A DNA stretch of 62,420 nucleotides from a virus (lineage: Duplodnaviria; Caudoviricetes), in IMG/VR virus record IMGVR_UViG_3300033997_000134, positions 1 through 62,420 of that record; one strand, given 5' to 3'. Below the pieces are notes generated by a model. That model had not been told where the DNA came from, did no database searches, and saw only the letters and a list, made by a program, of their open reading frames with translations. Within the stretch, counting starts at the first letter, position 1, and each line of letters opens with the position of its first letter. The position numbers were made by a program, and so were the translations under genes. This document shows positions 46,178 through 55,158 of the stretch, one piece after another.

Positions 46178-48445
46178 CTAGAAGTTGTCCCCCAGCTCCG
46201 GTGTCTCGATGCCGTCCATTCCTTGCTCTGGCTGCTGTGGCACTGGTGGGAAGGCTGGCGATGTGTTCTCCCGCACCTCTGGCATGCCTTCTGCCGCACC
46301 AGCTGGCGCGATGGGGGCGGGCATGGGCGGCACTTGGCCCGCAGTGGGGAAGTTCGGGTCAGCACCGCCTGGTGTTGGCTTTTGGTAGCCAGCGGATTGC
46401 ATGATGGCATCGGCCACGGGCGCGATTTGTGGCATCTGGGCCACCTGCACACCGGCTTGCATGGCACTGAATGCCGCCTGCACGCCGGTCTGCACGGCCT
46501 CCTGCAGCAGTTTCTTGATCTTGGCTTCGCTCTCAGCTTCCTTGATGGACAGCTCGCGCTCCTTGAGGTCGTACATCAGCTCTTGCTTGACCTGCTCGCG
46601 CATTGCCTCGGGGTCTGCTTGGCTGCGCGCCTCGCGCAAAGCCTCCACCACTTGCTTCTTGCGGGGCACGTCCATCAGATCCACCATGAAAGGCACCATC
46701 ACGCGCTGCTCCTCGGGCGGCAGGCTCTTGGTGGTTTCGGTCATGGCGTTGAGCTGCTGGGCACGGAAGCCTGGGCTGCTTGGCACATCCTCCAGGGCCA
46801 CCATGAGCTTGGTACGTGAAATATCGTTGCTCAGATAGGCAAGGCCTGTGGCTGGGTCAATCTCCGGCTTGTTGAGCACCACGGTGCGCGCTGGGTTGAT
46901 GGTGTCACCCTCAATCACCACCGCAGTTTCTTCCTTGCCAATGTCCTCGATGATCAGTGCCATCAGCATTTCACCCACCTGCTGGCGCGCCTCCTTGAAC
47001 ATATCCATGGGGCTGGCCAGCGCGGTCGTGGACTGCTCCAGCTGTGTCTGCTCCTGCAGGCCACTGGTGGCGGTGCCCTGCTGTCCTCGCAGGCTGGGGG
47101 TGACAGGGCTCACGCGCTCGATAGCGGCGCGGCTGTCTTGCATCAGCTGGAAGTGCTGGGCGTTGAGCTGGAAGTCGCGCTTGACCTCAAAGCGCGCACC
47201 AGGCTGTGACATGACGGCGGGGTTGAGCACAATGTCCGCATCGGGCCGTGCAATCTGGCGGCGGAATTGCTCGTCCTCCATGGCCACGGCACCCTTGGTG
47301 CGCTCTGTACGGGCAGCACCCAGCCCCCAGCGCAGCTTGGCCAGCGTGCTGTTGAGGCTGTCTTGCGGGAAAAGCATGTCGCGCACCATGCCATACGGCA
47401 CTCCGGTGGTGTCCTCGCGGTAGCACCACACGGGCACATACGGGAAGTGCTTGAAGGGGTATGGGCTGGCGCTGTCGTCCAGCTGGTGCGGCCCCATCCA
47501 GTACGCGCGCCGGATGCGTGCCACGGTGGCGCGCTCCAGCTTGCCAATGCCCGACTGCACTGCAGCCACATGGGCAGCATTGTTGGGGTCAAACTCCACC
47601 ACCCGGCCTGTCTTGCGCACCTTGAGCACCAGCACCTGCACCCAGCGGCGATACCAGACTTCGGAGATGCAGACCTGACGGTTTTCGTCGTTGTACCAGG
47701 CATCCTCCTGCACCGTCCAGGCGCGCTCATGGCCCGCGGCTGCGTACAGGCCTGTGCTGGTGCCGCCTTCATTCTCCTCCGCGGCGAAGTCTGCAACCCA
47801 ACCTGTGTGCATGCGCATGATCAGCTCGGCATGCTGCGGGAAGGTTTTTGCGCCTTGGTCACGATCCACCCAGCGGCGGCGCACCAGCCAGCGCGCATCC
47901 TTCAAGTCTGGCTCCTGTGCCTTCATGTCCCACCAGATTTCATTGCGTGACACATAACGGCAGCGGTAGGGATACTCAAAGGGATCAGAGGGGCGCGACA
48001 CTTCCACCCAGCCCAGCCCCACACTGATGGCGGGCCGAAAAGCCTCGCTCAAGGCGCGGTCAGCCTTGGAATGGCGCTCTGCCTGGTTGAGCCGGTAATT
48101 GAGGGCATCGGCCACGTCCTGGCCGTCTGGGTTGCCATCGGGCGTCACACGCCAGTCGGTGCGCGTCTTGGCCTCATAGCCACACACAGCGGCGATGGCT
48201 GGGCCGATGATGTTCTCTTTGGCCGGTGGAATGCCCAGCTTTTGCTGGCGGCGCAGCAGATCGCTGTCCAGCTGGTTGCCGTCTGCATAGTCGGCTTCCT
48301 TGTCGGCCTGGGCGCGCCACGGCACTTGGTTATGCGCCTCCCGGACGATGGACTGCCATTCAGTCAGGCTCAGTGGTTCATCGCCCATGGGGGTTTGCTG
48401 CGCGTTGCCACCGCGCTCCTGGTATGGCTGGCTTTGCATCAGCAT
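46178..48445 (-). CDS. Portal protein
   Basis: 755 aa after terL; YADGNQ, NIIGPAIAAVCGYE, FPYVP, PYGMVRDM, ATSG. Confidence 0.88.
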   Translation of the reverse strand: MLMQSQPYQERGGNAQQTPMGDEPLSLTEWQSIVREAHNQVPWRAQADKEADYADGNQLDSDLLRRQQKLGIPPAKENIIGPAIAAVCGYEAKTRTDWRVTPDGNPDGQDVADALNYRLNQAERHSKADRALSEAFRPAISVGLGWVEVSRPSDPFEYPYRCRYVSRNEIWWDMKAQEPDLKDARWLVRRRWVDRDQGAKTFPQHAELIMRMHTGWVADFAAEENEGGTSTGLYAAAGHERAWTVQEDAWYNDENRQVCISEVWYRRWVQVLVLKVRKTGRVVEFDPNNAAHVAAVQSGIGKLERATVARIRRAYWMGPHQLDDSASPYPFKHFPYVPVWCYREDTTGVPYGMVRDMLFPQDSLNSTLAKLRWGLGAARTERTKGAVAMEDEQFRRQIARPDADIVLNPAVMSQPGARFEVKRDFQLNAQHFQLMQDSRAAIERVSPVTPSLRGQQGTATSGLQEQTQLEQSTTALASPMDMFKEARQQVGEMLMALIIEDIGKEETAVVIEGDTINPARTVVLNKPEIDPATGLAYLSNDISRTKLMVALEDVPSSPGFRAQQLNAMTETTKSLPPEEQRVMVPFMVDLMDVPRKKQVVEALREARSQADPEAMREQVKQELMYDLKERELSIKEAESEAKIKKLLQEAVQTGVQAAFSAMQAGVQVAQMPQIAPVADAIMQSAGYQKPTPGGADPNFPTAGQVPPMPAPIAPAGAAEGMPEVRENTSPAFPPVPQQPEQGMDGIETPELGDNF

Positions 48446-50056
48446 TTAGGTTCTCCAATCTGGATCGTCTGGTTCTTTGTAGCCATGGCTGTCGCTGCCA
48501 TAGCCGGTATCGGTGGGCTGAAATAGCCCGGTTTCCTTGGCTTGTGCCCACTGGCGCAAGGCGTCGGCACCTTCGGTGCAGCCGTTGGACTTGTCGGGCT
48601 CGTTGTCCAAGAACTTTTGCAATGCGGTGCTGTACTTCTTCTTGTAGCCACGCAGCCTGTCCAGACCAAAGGCGCAGGCCTCACGGTCAAACCATGCTCC
48701 GCGCAGGTGCTTGCGCAGCTGCTGGATTCCGGTATTCAGGTCGGTGATGCGCGGCACTATCGTGAAGTTCTGGCCGGGCATCAGCTCCTGCAGCATCTCC
48801 CGTGTGGTCTTGTTGAAGTCCGACAGGCGCCGGTGGTCGGCGTCGTGGGGCAGGAAGTGGCCGCCGAACACATGCCCGGTGCCCTGCAGGTGGCGCACGT
48901 AGTGGCGCAAGTCCTGCTCGTGTTCTTCGTAGTAGCCGATAAAGCGCGCCTCGCCGCGCAGCTCCTGCATGAACCAGATAGCCACACCATCGCTGGCACC
49001 TATGTCCCAGAAGGTATAGACCGGCAGATCTAGCACCGGCACCGAAGTAATGCCGCCGCGCTTGGTGAGGTCGGTCAGTGCTTTGGTGAGGTAGTGGCCC
49101 TTCTTGGACTGCTGGAACGCTTCCTCGGGGGTGCTGGGGTACTCCTGCCACATGCGCTCTGGCTCGCCGGGGAAGTCCGCCTCTTGGGTGGCCACGTACC
49201 AGGCGCGCTGGTCGGGGTCAAGCTCGCAGCCCGCATCCACTTCCACCGCGTCGAAGTATTCGTGCTGCTCGCGCGATATATCCACCAGCCCGGCATCCAT
49301 GCGGTAGTTGGGCTCCTGCCACCACGCATAGAAGTGAAAGCGATAGTCGCGCGGCGTCAGCTTCTTGTGGTCATAAAACTGCGCCTGGGCGCGCTTGGAC
49401 AGTGCATAGAACTCGCCTTGTGGCCCTTCTGCCGTGCTCTCTATCACCAAAATGCCGGTTTTGGGCACTGCGGGAATGGAGCCGGTCATCACCTCCTTGG
49501 CCTTCTTGGGCGATTCGGCGCAAATCTTGCCGAACTCCGAGATGTGCAGGCGGTGGATGGTGCCCGAGCGCATCGAGGTGGACACGCGGATGGAGCTGTT
49601 GTTGTGCGCAAAAAGCAGCTCGGTGGCGCTGTCCTTGGCCAGCGGGAAGCGCTCACGGATCTCTGGCGGCAGGTTCTTGTAGGCGAACTGCACCTTGTCT
49701 CGGAAGATGGCACCCGCCGCGTCCAGGTTCTGCGCAATGATGCCGCAGCGCTGGTCAGGATTGAAAAGGGCGTGATCCAGCCACAGGATGGCAATCAGCG
49801 TGGTAAAGCCCAGCTGGCGCGCCTTGAGGATGATGTTGCGATGCCACAAGCGCAGCAAAAAGCGCTTTTGCGCCTTATTGGGCTTGAAGGGCATCACGAA
49901 CACGTCCGATTCATCGTCGCCGTCATCGCCCTTGACCATGATCTTGTAAAGGCACCCACTGAAAAGCCGCCACTCTGGATTGCGCAGGCATGCTTCCAGC
50001 TCTGCCGCATTGCTGGGCAGGCGGTTCAGAGGGGTGTTGATCACGCGCGCGGCCAC
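48446..50056 (-). CDS. terL: Terminase large subunit
   Basis: ILKARQLGFTT, LHISE, IESTAEG, QEYP, WDIG, LPHD, GADALR. Confidence 0.95.
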   Translation of the reverse strand: MAARVINTPLNRLPSNAAELEACLRNPEWRLFSGCLYKIMVKGDDGDDESDVFVMPFKPNKAQKRFLLRLWHRNIILKARQLGFTTLIAILWLDHALFNPDQRCGIIAQNLDAAGAIFRDKVQFAYKNLPPEIRERFPLAKDSATELLFAHNNSSIRVSTSMRSGTIHRLHISEFGKICAESPKKAKEVMTGSIPAVPKTGILVIESTAEGPQGEFYALSKRAQAQFYDHKKLTPRDYRFHFYAWWQEPNYRMDAGLVDISREQHEYFDAVEVDAGCELDPDQRAWYVATQEADFPGEPERMWQEYPSTPEEAFQQSKKGHYLTKALTDLTKRGGITSVPVLDLPVYTFWDIGASDGVAIWFMQELRGEARFIGYYEEHEQDLRHYVRHLQGTGHVFGGHFLPHDADHRRLSDFNKTTREMLQELMPGQNFTIVPRITDLNTGIQQLRKHLRGAWFDREACAFGLDRLRGYKKKYSTALQKFLDNEPDKSNGCTEGADALRQWAQAKETGLFQPTDTGYGSDSHGYKEPDDPDWRT

Positions 50057-50057
50057 A

Positions 50058-50996
50058 TCAGTCCTCGTCGCCGTCTGCGTCCGCGTCTGCCTGCACTGAT
50101 CCCATAGGGGCGCGCGCTGGTGGTGCTTCTGGATCTACTGCCACTGGAGTGAAGCCATTGCCGCCTTCTTGTGAGAGGCGGTGCAGCAGGCTGGCCAGTC
50201 CATCCACCTTTTGCTCGTTGTCTTTCTCATACAGGCCTAGGTGCTTAAAGAGCTTTTCTGCGAAGGTGGCCTTGTCGTGCATCTGGATCTCAATGCCGAA
50301 CTTGCCTTCTTTGGCGCCTGCATACAGGGCCAGTGCCTTGTCGCTGAAATAGCGGGTGTCCTTGAGCACGATGCGGGAGTAGCCAGCGCCTGCGCACTCG
50401 GGGCATTCGTTCAAGGGTGGCTTGCGGGCATCAAAGCCGATACCGCCTTGCTCCTCGAATTCCTCCATGGGCTTGCCTTCTTCGCTCCACTTCTCGCGGT
50501 CGCTGTTCATCTCGCCCAGGGTGCGCTGGTACTTGTGCCCTTCTCCGTAGCAGTGGCGGCAGCAGCCCACGCGCAGCTCCACCAGCTCGCGGGGGTCGGC
50601 AGTGACGATGTTCCAGGCCTCCGTCAGCACACGGTCTGCCTCGATCTTGGTGCGCTGCTGCTGCTCGGCACGTGCATTGGCTATCGCAGCCTGAATGTGA
50701 GGTTTTGACAGGTTCTCGCTGGCAATCTGCCGGGCAGATTTCGCGCTGTACCCAGCCCGAATGACGGCCTGCGTGGCATTCAAGTCCACCATGTACTCGT
50801 CCACAAACCGCGATTCTTTAGGCGTTAAAGCCTTGTGTAGCAAGCGCTCGTAGCTATCTTTTTTTTCTTCTGTTGCTTTGGTCTTGCTGGGTGCGCGCTT
50901 GCGGGCAGGCGCAGCTTTGCCTGCAGCACGCGCTTTGTCGGCTGCAGGGCGCTTTGTCGGTTCTGTCTTGGTGCGTTTCGGGGGTCGTGTCGCCAT
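50058..50996 (-). CDS. terS: Terminase small subunit with Cys-rich insert
   Basis: FVDEYMVDLNATQAVIRAGYSAKSA...NLSKP; CCRHC and CPECAG. Confidence 0.92.
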   Translation of the reverse strand: MATRPPKRTKTEPTKRPAADKARAAGKAAPARKRAPSKTKATEEKKDSYERLLHKALTPKESRFVDEYMVDLNATQAVIRAGYSAKSARQIASENLSKPHIQAAIANARAEQQQRTKIEADRVLTEAWNIVTADPRELVELRVGCCRHCYGEGHKYQRTLGEMNSDREKWSEEGKPMEEFEEQGGIGFDARKPPLNECPECAGAGYSRIVLKDTRYFSDKALALYAGAKEGKFGIEIQMHDKATFAEKLFKHLGLYEKDNEQKVDGLASLLHRLSQEGGNGFTPVAVDPEAPPARAPMGSVQADADADGDED

Positions 50997-51003
50997 GCAT
51001 GGC

Positions 51004-51045
51004 AGTCTGTCCAGCAGTACCAAAAGCGCCTAAACCTAGCGGGGG
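51004..51045 (-). promoter_or_regulatory. Late promoter motif copy (packaging)
   Basis: CCCCCGCTAGG-25 nt-CAGACT, 7 nt before ATG; terminator at 51052-51075 upstream. Confidence 0.8.
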
Positions 51046-51101
51046 TGGCGTAAAAAACCCGCCTCTGGGGCGGGTGGTGCATGGTGGTCAGCAGGCGGCT
51101 T

Positions 51102-51647
51102 TTACGTGATCAGCTGGGGCTGAACGGAGGCAGCTGGCTTTTGGCGCATCTCCAGCTTGAGCTTGAGGTTTTCACGCTCCAAGCGCTCCATGCGCTCCAT
51201 GAGCCAGCGCTGGGTGGACAGCGCAGCAGACTCCAGCGCTGAACCCTGCAGCAGCAGGCCCAGGTCGCGCGCCTCTTTAGGGGTGAGGGTCAGCACATCA
51301 TCACCCAGCTCGATCTTGAACTCCCCACTGGGCAGCGGGGAACCAGACACGATGCGGTTCTCTCGGTATTCCTTGATGGGTTTGTAAGACTGAGGCTCAC
51401 GCGACAGCAGGCCCAGCTTGCGCAGGTGCTTGATGGCTTCATCCACGGCCAGCAGCTTGAGTCCGGTCTGCTCGGCAATGAGATCGCGGGTGGGTGCTAT
51501 GTCAGCGTCGGTCAGTGTCTTGCATACCGACAGCACCCTCATGATGTTGGTGCCGTCCTCGATGGCGTCATCCTTGGCCACAGTGGTTCCAAGGCGGTGG
51601 ATAGTCTTACTCGGCGTGCGAGTTTTTACAGTCTTTGTCTCGGTCAT
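51102..51647 (-). CDS. Winged-HTH protein
   Basis: PTRDLIAEQTGLKLLAVDEAIKHLRKLGLL. Confidence 0.7.
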   Translation of the reverse strand: MTETKTVKTRTPSKTIHRLGTTVAKDDAIEDGTNIMRVLSVCKTLTDADIAPTRDLIAEQTGLKLLAVDEAIKHLRKLGLLSREPQSYKPIKEYRENRIVSGSPLPSGEFKIELGDDVLTLTPKEARDLGLLLQGSALESAALSTQRWLMERMERLERENLKLKLEMRQKPAASVQPQLIT

Positions 51648-51707
51648 GGCGTTCGGGTAGGTAATCTTGGATTGCTCAGGTCAAAGACCACTCCCTACAG
51701 CCCGCCG

Positions 51708-51941
51708 TCAGCCCTTCTCGTTGTCGGTGGGCTTTTCTTTGGCCAGCTTCTTTTTGAAGGCGGCATCAATCACCGGCTCCAGCCACTTGACCCCGCCAAG
51801 CGTCTTAAAAGCCGCTCTGCGCTGCTCGTTCAGGCGCAAAGTGACAACTTCTTTTTTCTCGGTGGCTGGCAGTTTCTTGCGGCCCTGCCCACGCTGCCCT
51901 GGCGGCAGTGGGGTGGGCTTTGGTGCTTGCGTGTCGGTCAT
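51708..51941 (-). CDS. Small RHH-like DNA-binding protein
   Basis: GRKKLP...VVTLRL...FKTLGGVKWLEPVID. Confidence 0.7.
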   Translation of the reverse strand: MTDTQAPKPTPLPPGQRGQGRKKLPATEKKEVVTLRLNEQRRAAFKTLGGVKWLEPVIDAAFKKKLAKEKPTDNEKG

Positions 51942-51962
51942 CTGATAATTGTGACACAGCAA

Positions 51963-52268
51963 TCATCCACATTCGTGACTGCCAGCGCCACCGCGCACTT
52001 GATCCTGCTGGCGCTCGATGCGCTTTTCTGCCGCCTGCAGCTGCTGCGCCAGCAGATCCAAGGACGCATGATTGATCGTGCGGTCTTTTTGCAGATCTGC
52101 CACTCGGACGCACAACCAGCTGAGTGCTGCCTCGATGGGTTTCAGGTGTGACTCATGGATACTGCCCCACGCGCGCATGCTGTCCAGCTTGTCTTTTGCA
52201 CCCTCTACGAATCTCACATCAGCTGGGCCGAGGTGTTCTTTCACGGGCGAGTAATCGAAGGCCATCAT
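51963..52268 (-). CDS. Hypothetical coiled-coil protein
   Basis: AAGGA RBS; coupled to the upstream gene. Confidence 0.6.
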   Translation of the reverse strand: MMAFDYSPVKEHLGPADVRFVEGAKDKLDSMRAWGSIHESHLKPIEAALSWLCVRVADLQKDRTINHASLDLLAQQLQAAEKRIERQQDQVRGGAGSHECG

Positions 52269-52486
52269 TGTTCCTTGGTGGTGCCACGGAATGCACCGGG
52301 GCGAATGTTGTGGGCGGGGCTTCCCCGGCGTGTTTGCGGCAGCGCATCCATGTCGGCGCTGTGGTGGTGAAAACCCAGCGGCAGGAAGCATGGCGCGTCC
52401 AGAATGTCCAGCCCGGTGTTCTCATCCTGGTACTCCTCGCGCATGTCCGTGTAGATCCATGCGCCGGTGTGCGTGTAGTCCCTCAT
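52265..52486 (-). CDS. Hypothetical protein
   Basis: ATGA coupling; 73 aa. Confidence 0.55.
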   Translation of the reverse strand: MRDYTHTGAWIYTDMREEYQDENTGLDILDAPCFLPLGFHHHSADMDALPQTRRGSPAHNIRPGAFRGTTKEQ

Positions 52487-52731
52487 ACCTTGATTCTTTG
52501 CTGCCAGCGCTGCAGGCGCTCTATGGATGCGGTTTGCACGGGGGTGCAGGTGATGCCCTGCTGGTTGCACCACTGCACTATGTCGGCGCGCTCTTTGAGG
52601 TCGTCCTGGCGGGCCTGCATATCAAGCACCTTCTCCATGCCCTGGCGCACGGGCTCTGTCATCCAGCGCAGGGCGCAGTGCCCGTTATCGCGCAGCAGCT
52701 TGCGGGCGGCTTGGTATTGGATGCGTTTCAT
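52483..52731 (-). CDS. Hypothetical protein
   Basis: AGGAGG RBS; 82 aa. Confidence 0.65.
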   Translation of the reverse strand: MKRIQYQAARKLLRDNGHCALRWMTEPVRQGMEKVLDMQARQDDLKERADIVQWCNQQGITCTPVQTASIERLQRWQQRIKV

Positions 52732-52733
52732 GG

Positions 52734-52985
52734 TCAGTCCTCCTGTCCCAGCATGGAAGGTTTGAAGTCGGGTTTGTGCGCATAGCTCAGTGCGCCGGGG
52801 TGCCAGCCAATGCTCGGGCTGGTACTCATGCTGTGGCACTCACGGACTTCGCCGCAATCCAGCATGATCAGTGCATAGCGGCCCCATTGGTTTGCCACAT
52901 GGCACATGCACGTGCCATTGAAGTAGTGGCTGCCGCCAGCGTCCATGTGCACGCGCTGGCCGGGTTCTGGCAGTAGCAGGCTCAT
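52734..52985 (-). CDS. Hypothetical protein
   Basis: ATGA coupling; 83 aa. Confidence 0.6.
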   Translation of the reverse strand: MSLLLPEPGQRVHMDAGGSHYFNGTCMCHVANQWGRYALIMLDCGEVRECHSMSTSPSIGWHPGALSYAHKPDFKPSMLGQED

Positions 52986-53482
52986 GCGGTCACCTCGGCT
53001 GCTGGGTTGGCCAGCATGGCAGCGCGCACCTTGTCCACCAGTACATGGGTGTCCATGTCGGCGTTATCGAGGAATTTCCAGTAACGGCCCTCGCACATGG
53101 CATAGATCGTCGTGATGTTTCCGCTATAGAACTCCGTCATGCGAAAGCTCTCCACACCCATCAGATTGTGGAACTTCATGGGCGGCAGCACGAAAAACGC
53201 TTCGTCATATTCCGCTTCGGTGATTTCCTCAGGCTCGGTGCGCAGGGCTTCGTCGTGCAGCTTGTCGAAGTCGCACATGCGCATCATCTGCACGCTGCTC
53301 TTGTAGTCCTGCTGCAGCTCGGCGCAGGTCTTGTGCGAGTACATGCCGCGCATCACGCCCTCTGCATCCCTGAAAGCTGCATCCAGCAGCTGGGGTCGGG
53401 GCCATTCGGTGCTTGGCAGCGCCACATATACCAGGCGCTGGTTCGTGTTTTGGTCTTGCTGGGTGGCGTGTGGGGTTTGCAT
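52982..53482 (-). CDS. Hypothetical protein with DUF1419-like C-terminus
   Basis: EITEAEYDEAFFVLPP...EFYSGNITTIYA; AAGGAG RBS. Confidence 0.65.
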   Translation of the reverse strand: MQTPHATQQDQNTNQRLVYVALPSTEWPRPQLLDAAFRDAEGVMRGMYSHKTCAELQQDYKSSVQMMRMCDFDKLHDEALRTEPEEITEAEYDEAFFVLPPMKFHNLMGVESFRMTEFYSGNITTIYAMCEGRYWKFLDNADMDTHVLVDKVRAAMLANPAAEVTA

Positions 53483-53509
53483 GGCTGAATCTCCTTTGCG
53501 GTTTGTTCG

Positions 53510-53562
53510 CTTGAATTATGTATTACTTAATTCAATCCATGCAAGTGTTTTTTGTATTACTT
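53510..53562 (-). promoter_or_regulatory. Sigma70 promoter with direct-repeat operator
   Basis: Minus strand TTGCAT-17 nt-CATAAT; TGTATTACTT at 53519-53528 and 53552-53561. Confidence 0.65.
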
Positions 53563-53565
53563 TTT

Positions 53566-54237
53566 TTAATCCTCTATCCACACCGGGCAGCCCTTGGGCC
53601 ACTTGCCAGCGTCCGTGATGATCTTGCGGGTCTTGGCAGCCATGGCCCGGCCCAGCTCCACGTGCGCCTCGCGGCCACCGTCGATCAGTGCGTACTGGTC
53701 AAACGCTGTGTGGCACCCACTCTTGCCCATGTCGTCCACGCACAGCGGCATGGCGCGGCGGTCGTCCAGCTTGAGGCCTTTGCCCTTGCCATCGTTCTCA
53801 TGGGCATGGTTGCTGCGCCCTTGGCGGCCACACCACATGCACGGCAGGCTGGCCACCAAGCGGCGGTATCCTTCGTGGTGCACGGCGTTCTCCTTCTCGA
53901 TGGGCGCGCAGCTGGGCTCGTCCTGGCTGACAAGTGCTGCCAGGCCTACGCGGGTGATCAGGGCGCGGGTTTCCCGGGCGCTGGCCATCTGGCGTGCGGC
54001 GCGGGCCGCATGCCGGTCTGCTGTCTGCTCCACAAAGCGCTCGTCACCGTCGATGATGTGGGCGCTCTCTGGCTCTGGCTTGCGTGAAAAGCCCTTTGCA
54101 GGCTTGGTGCTGGCTTTGCGCGCCTTGCGGGCCTTCTCGCACCGGCTGGAGCACACCGACTGCAGGGGGGCGCAAGGGGTGAAGGTTTCCCCGCACTCCT
54201 TGCATTTCTTGGGCTTGAGCTTGGTGGTCAGAACCAT
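53566..54237 (-). CDS. NinG/DUF968-like Zn/HNH-type protein
   Basis: KKCKECG...CSSRC; LPCMWCG...HAH...AMPLC...GCH. Confidence 0.75.
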   Translation of the reverse strand: MVLTTKLKPKKCKECGETFTPCAPLQSVCSSRCEKARKARKASTKPAKGFSRKPEPESAHIIDGDERFVEQTADRHAARAARQMASARETRALITRVGLAALVSQDEPSCAPIEKENAVHHEGYRRLVASLPCMWCGRQGRSNHAHENDGKGKGLKLDDRRAMPLCVDDMGKSGCHTAFDQYALIDGGREAHVELGRAMAAKTRKIITDAGKWPKGCPVWIED

Positions 54238-54479
54238 GGGCGCACCTCCAGCGTTCGCACGGGCACCAGAAAGCCGAAGTTGTCCACGACACACAGCACC
54301 ACCGGGCCCACCGGCTGCTGTCGGCAGTACCGATCCTCTTTGCTCTCCCAGTAGCGGTAGCGGCCAAGGCTGTCCGGGCCAGTGATGTTCTGGTTCGTGT
54401 ACGTGGCCATGATGTTGGCCATCGGGCGCTTTGGGGGTGGCTTGGGCAGGCCACGCTGGGGAATGCGCTGCTCTGTCAT
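54228..54479 (-). CDS. Hypothetical protein
   Basis: 83 aa, coupled to neighbours. Confidence 0.55.
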   Translation of the reverse strand: MTEQRIPQRGLPKPPPKRPMANIMATYTNQNITGPDSLGRYRYWESKEDRYCRQQPVGPVVLCVVDNFGFLVPVRTLEVRPWF

Positions 54480-54928
54480 ACGCTGACCCTCCGCCACATC
54501 CACGCCACCATTGCGGCATCGCGCTTGTGCTCGTTGCTGGGGCCCTTCCAGCCGGTCATGCGCTTGAAGTCCAGCGCGTTCACCTTGGCCCCAGTCTTGC
54601 TGCCGCTCTTGTCTCTGGGGGAAATGCCGTGGCAAGGGATGCCCAGCTTGGCGCAGTTGTGCTCGATCAGACGGCACCAAGAGTCGATCTGACCCACGTT
54701 GCGTGAGATTTTTTCGCGCTGGGCAATGCTTCCATAGGCGCTCCACACCTTGCTCTCCAGGCGGGAATCTTCAAAGACCACCAGCGCCACCATGTGTGCG
54801 TGGTCGGCCAGCATCTGCGGCACATCCTCGGGCTGCACTTCGCTCAACGCCTTGAGCTGGCCGGATTCGTACAGCGCCACACCGGTGTGATTTCCCGGGT
54901 CGATCCCCATCACGACACACGTTCCCAT
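54476..54928 (-). CDS. RuvC-like (RNase H fold) resolvase-type protein
   Basis: VMGIDPG, VVFED, HKRDAA. Confidence 0.75.
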   Translation of the reverse strand: MGTCVVMGIDPGNHTGVALYESGQLKALSEVQPEDVPQMLADHAHMVALVVFEDSRLESKVWSAYGSIAQREKISRNVGQIDSWCRLIEHNCAKLGIPCHGISPRDKSGSKTGAKVNALDFKRMTGWKGPSNEHKRDAAMVAWMWRRVSV

Positions 54929-55158
54929 GTGTTCCCAACCTTGCGGTATGCGCGCTTTGGGGGCTTGAACCCCAGATCCTGCAGTCTTGCTGCCACCTTT
55001 TGCTCCAGGTTTTGAAACATCGGCGGGCTGGTGTCGCGCTGGCCGTTTTCCTCCAGCTCCCTGACTCGTACCACCACGTAATCCCACCACCCGGGCTGCT
55101 GGGCGAGCTTGACGAAGTGCTCTAGCTGGTCGATTTCCTCTTGTTGCCATGGCTGCAT
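54910..55158 (-). CDS. Hypothetical protein
   Basis: 82 aa, coupled to neighbours. Confidence 0.6.
   Translation of the reverse strand: MQPWQQEEIDQLEHFVKLAQQPGWWDYVVVRVRELEENGQRDTSPPMFQNLEQKVAARLQDLGFKPPKRAYRKVGNTWERVS

Noticed and set aside
51708-51941. BrnA-like antitoxin of a toxin-antitoxin pair
   Set aside because: No recognisable cognate toxin is adjacent.
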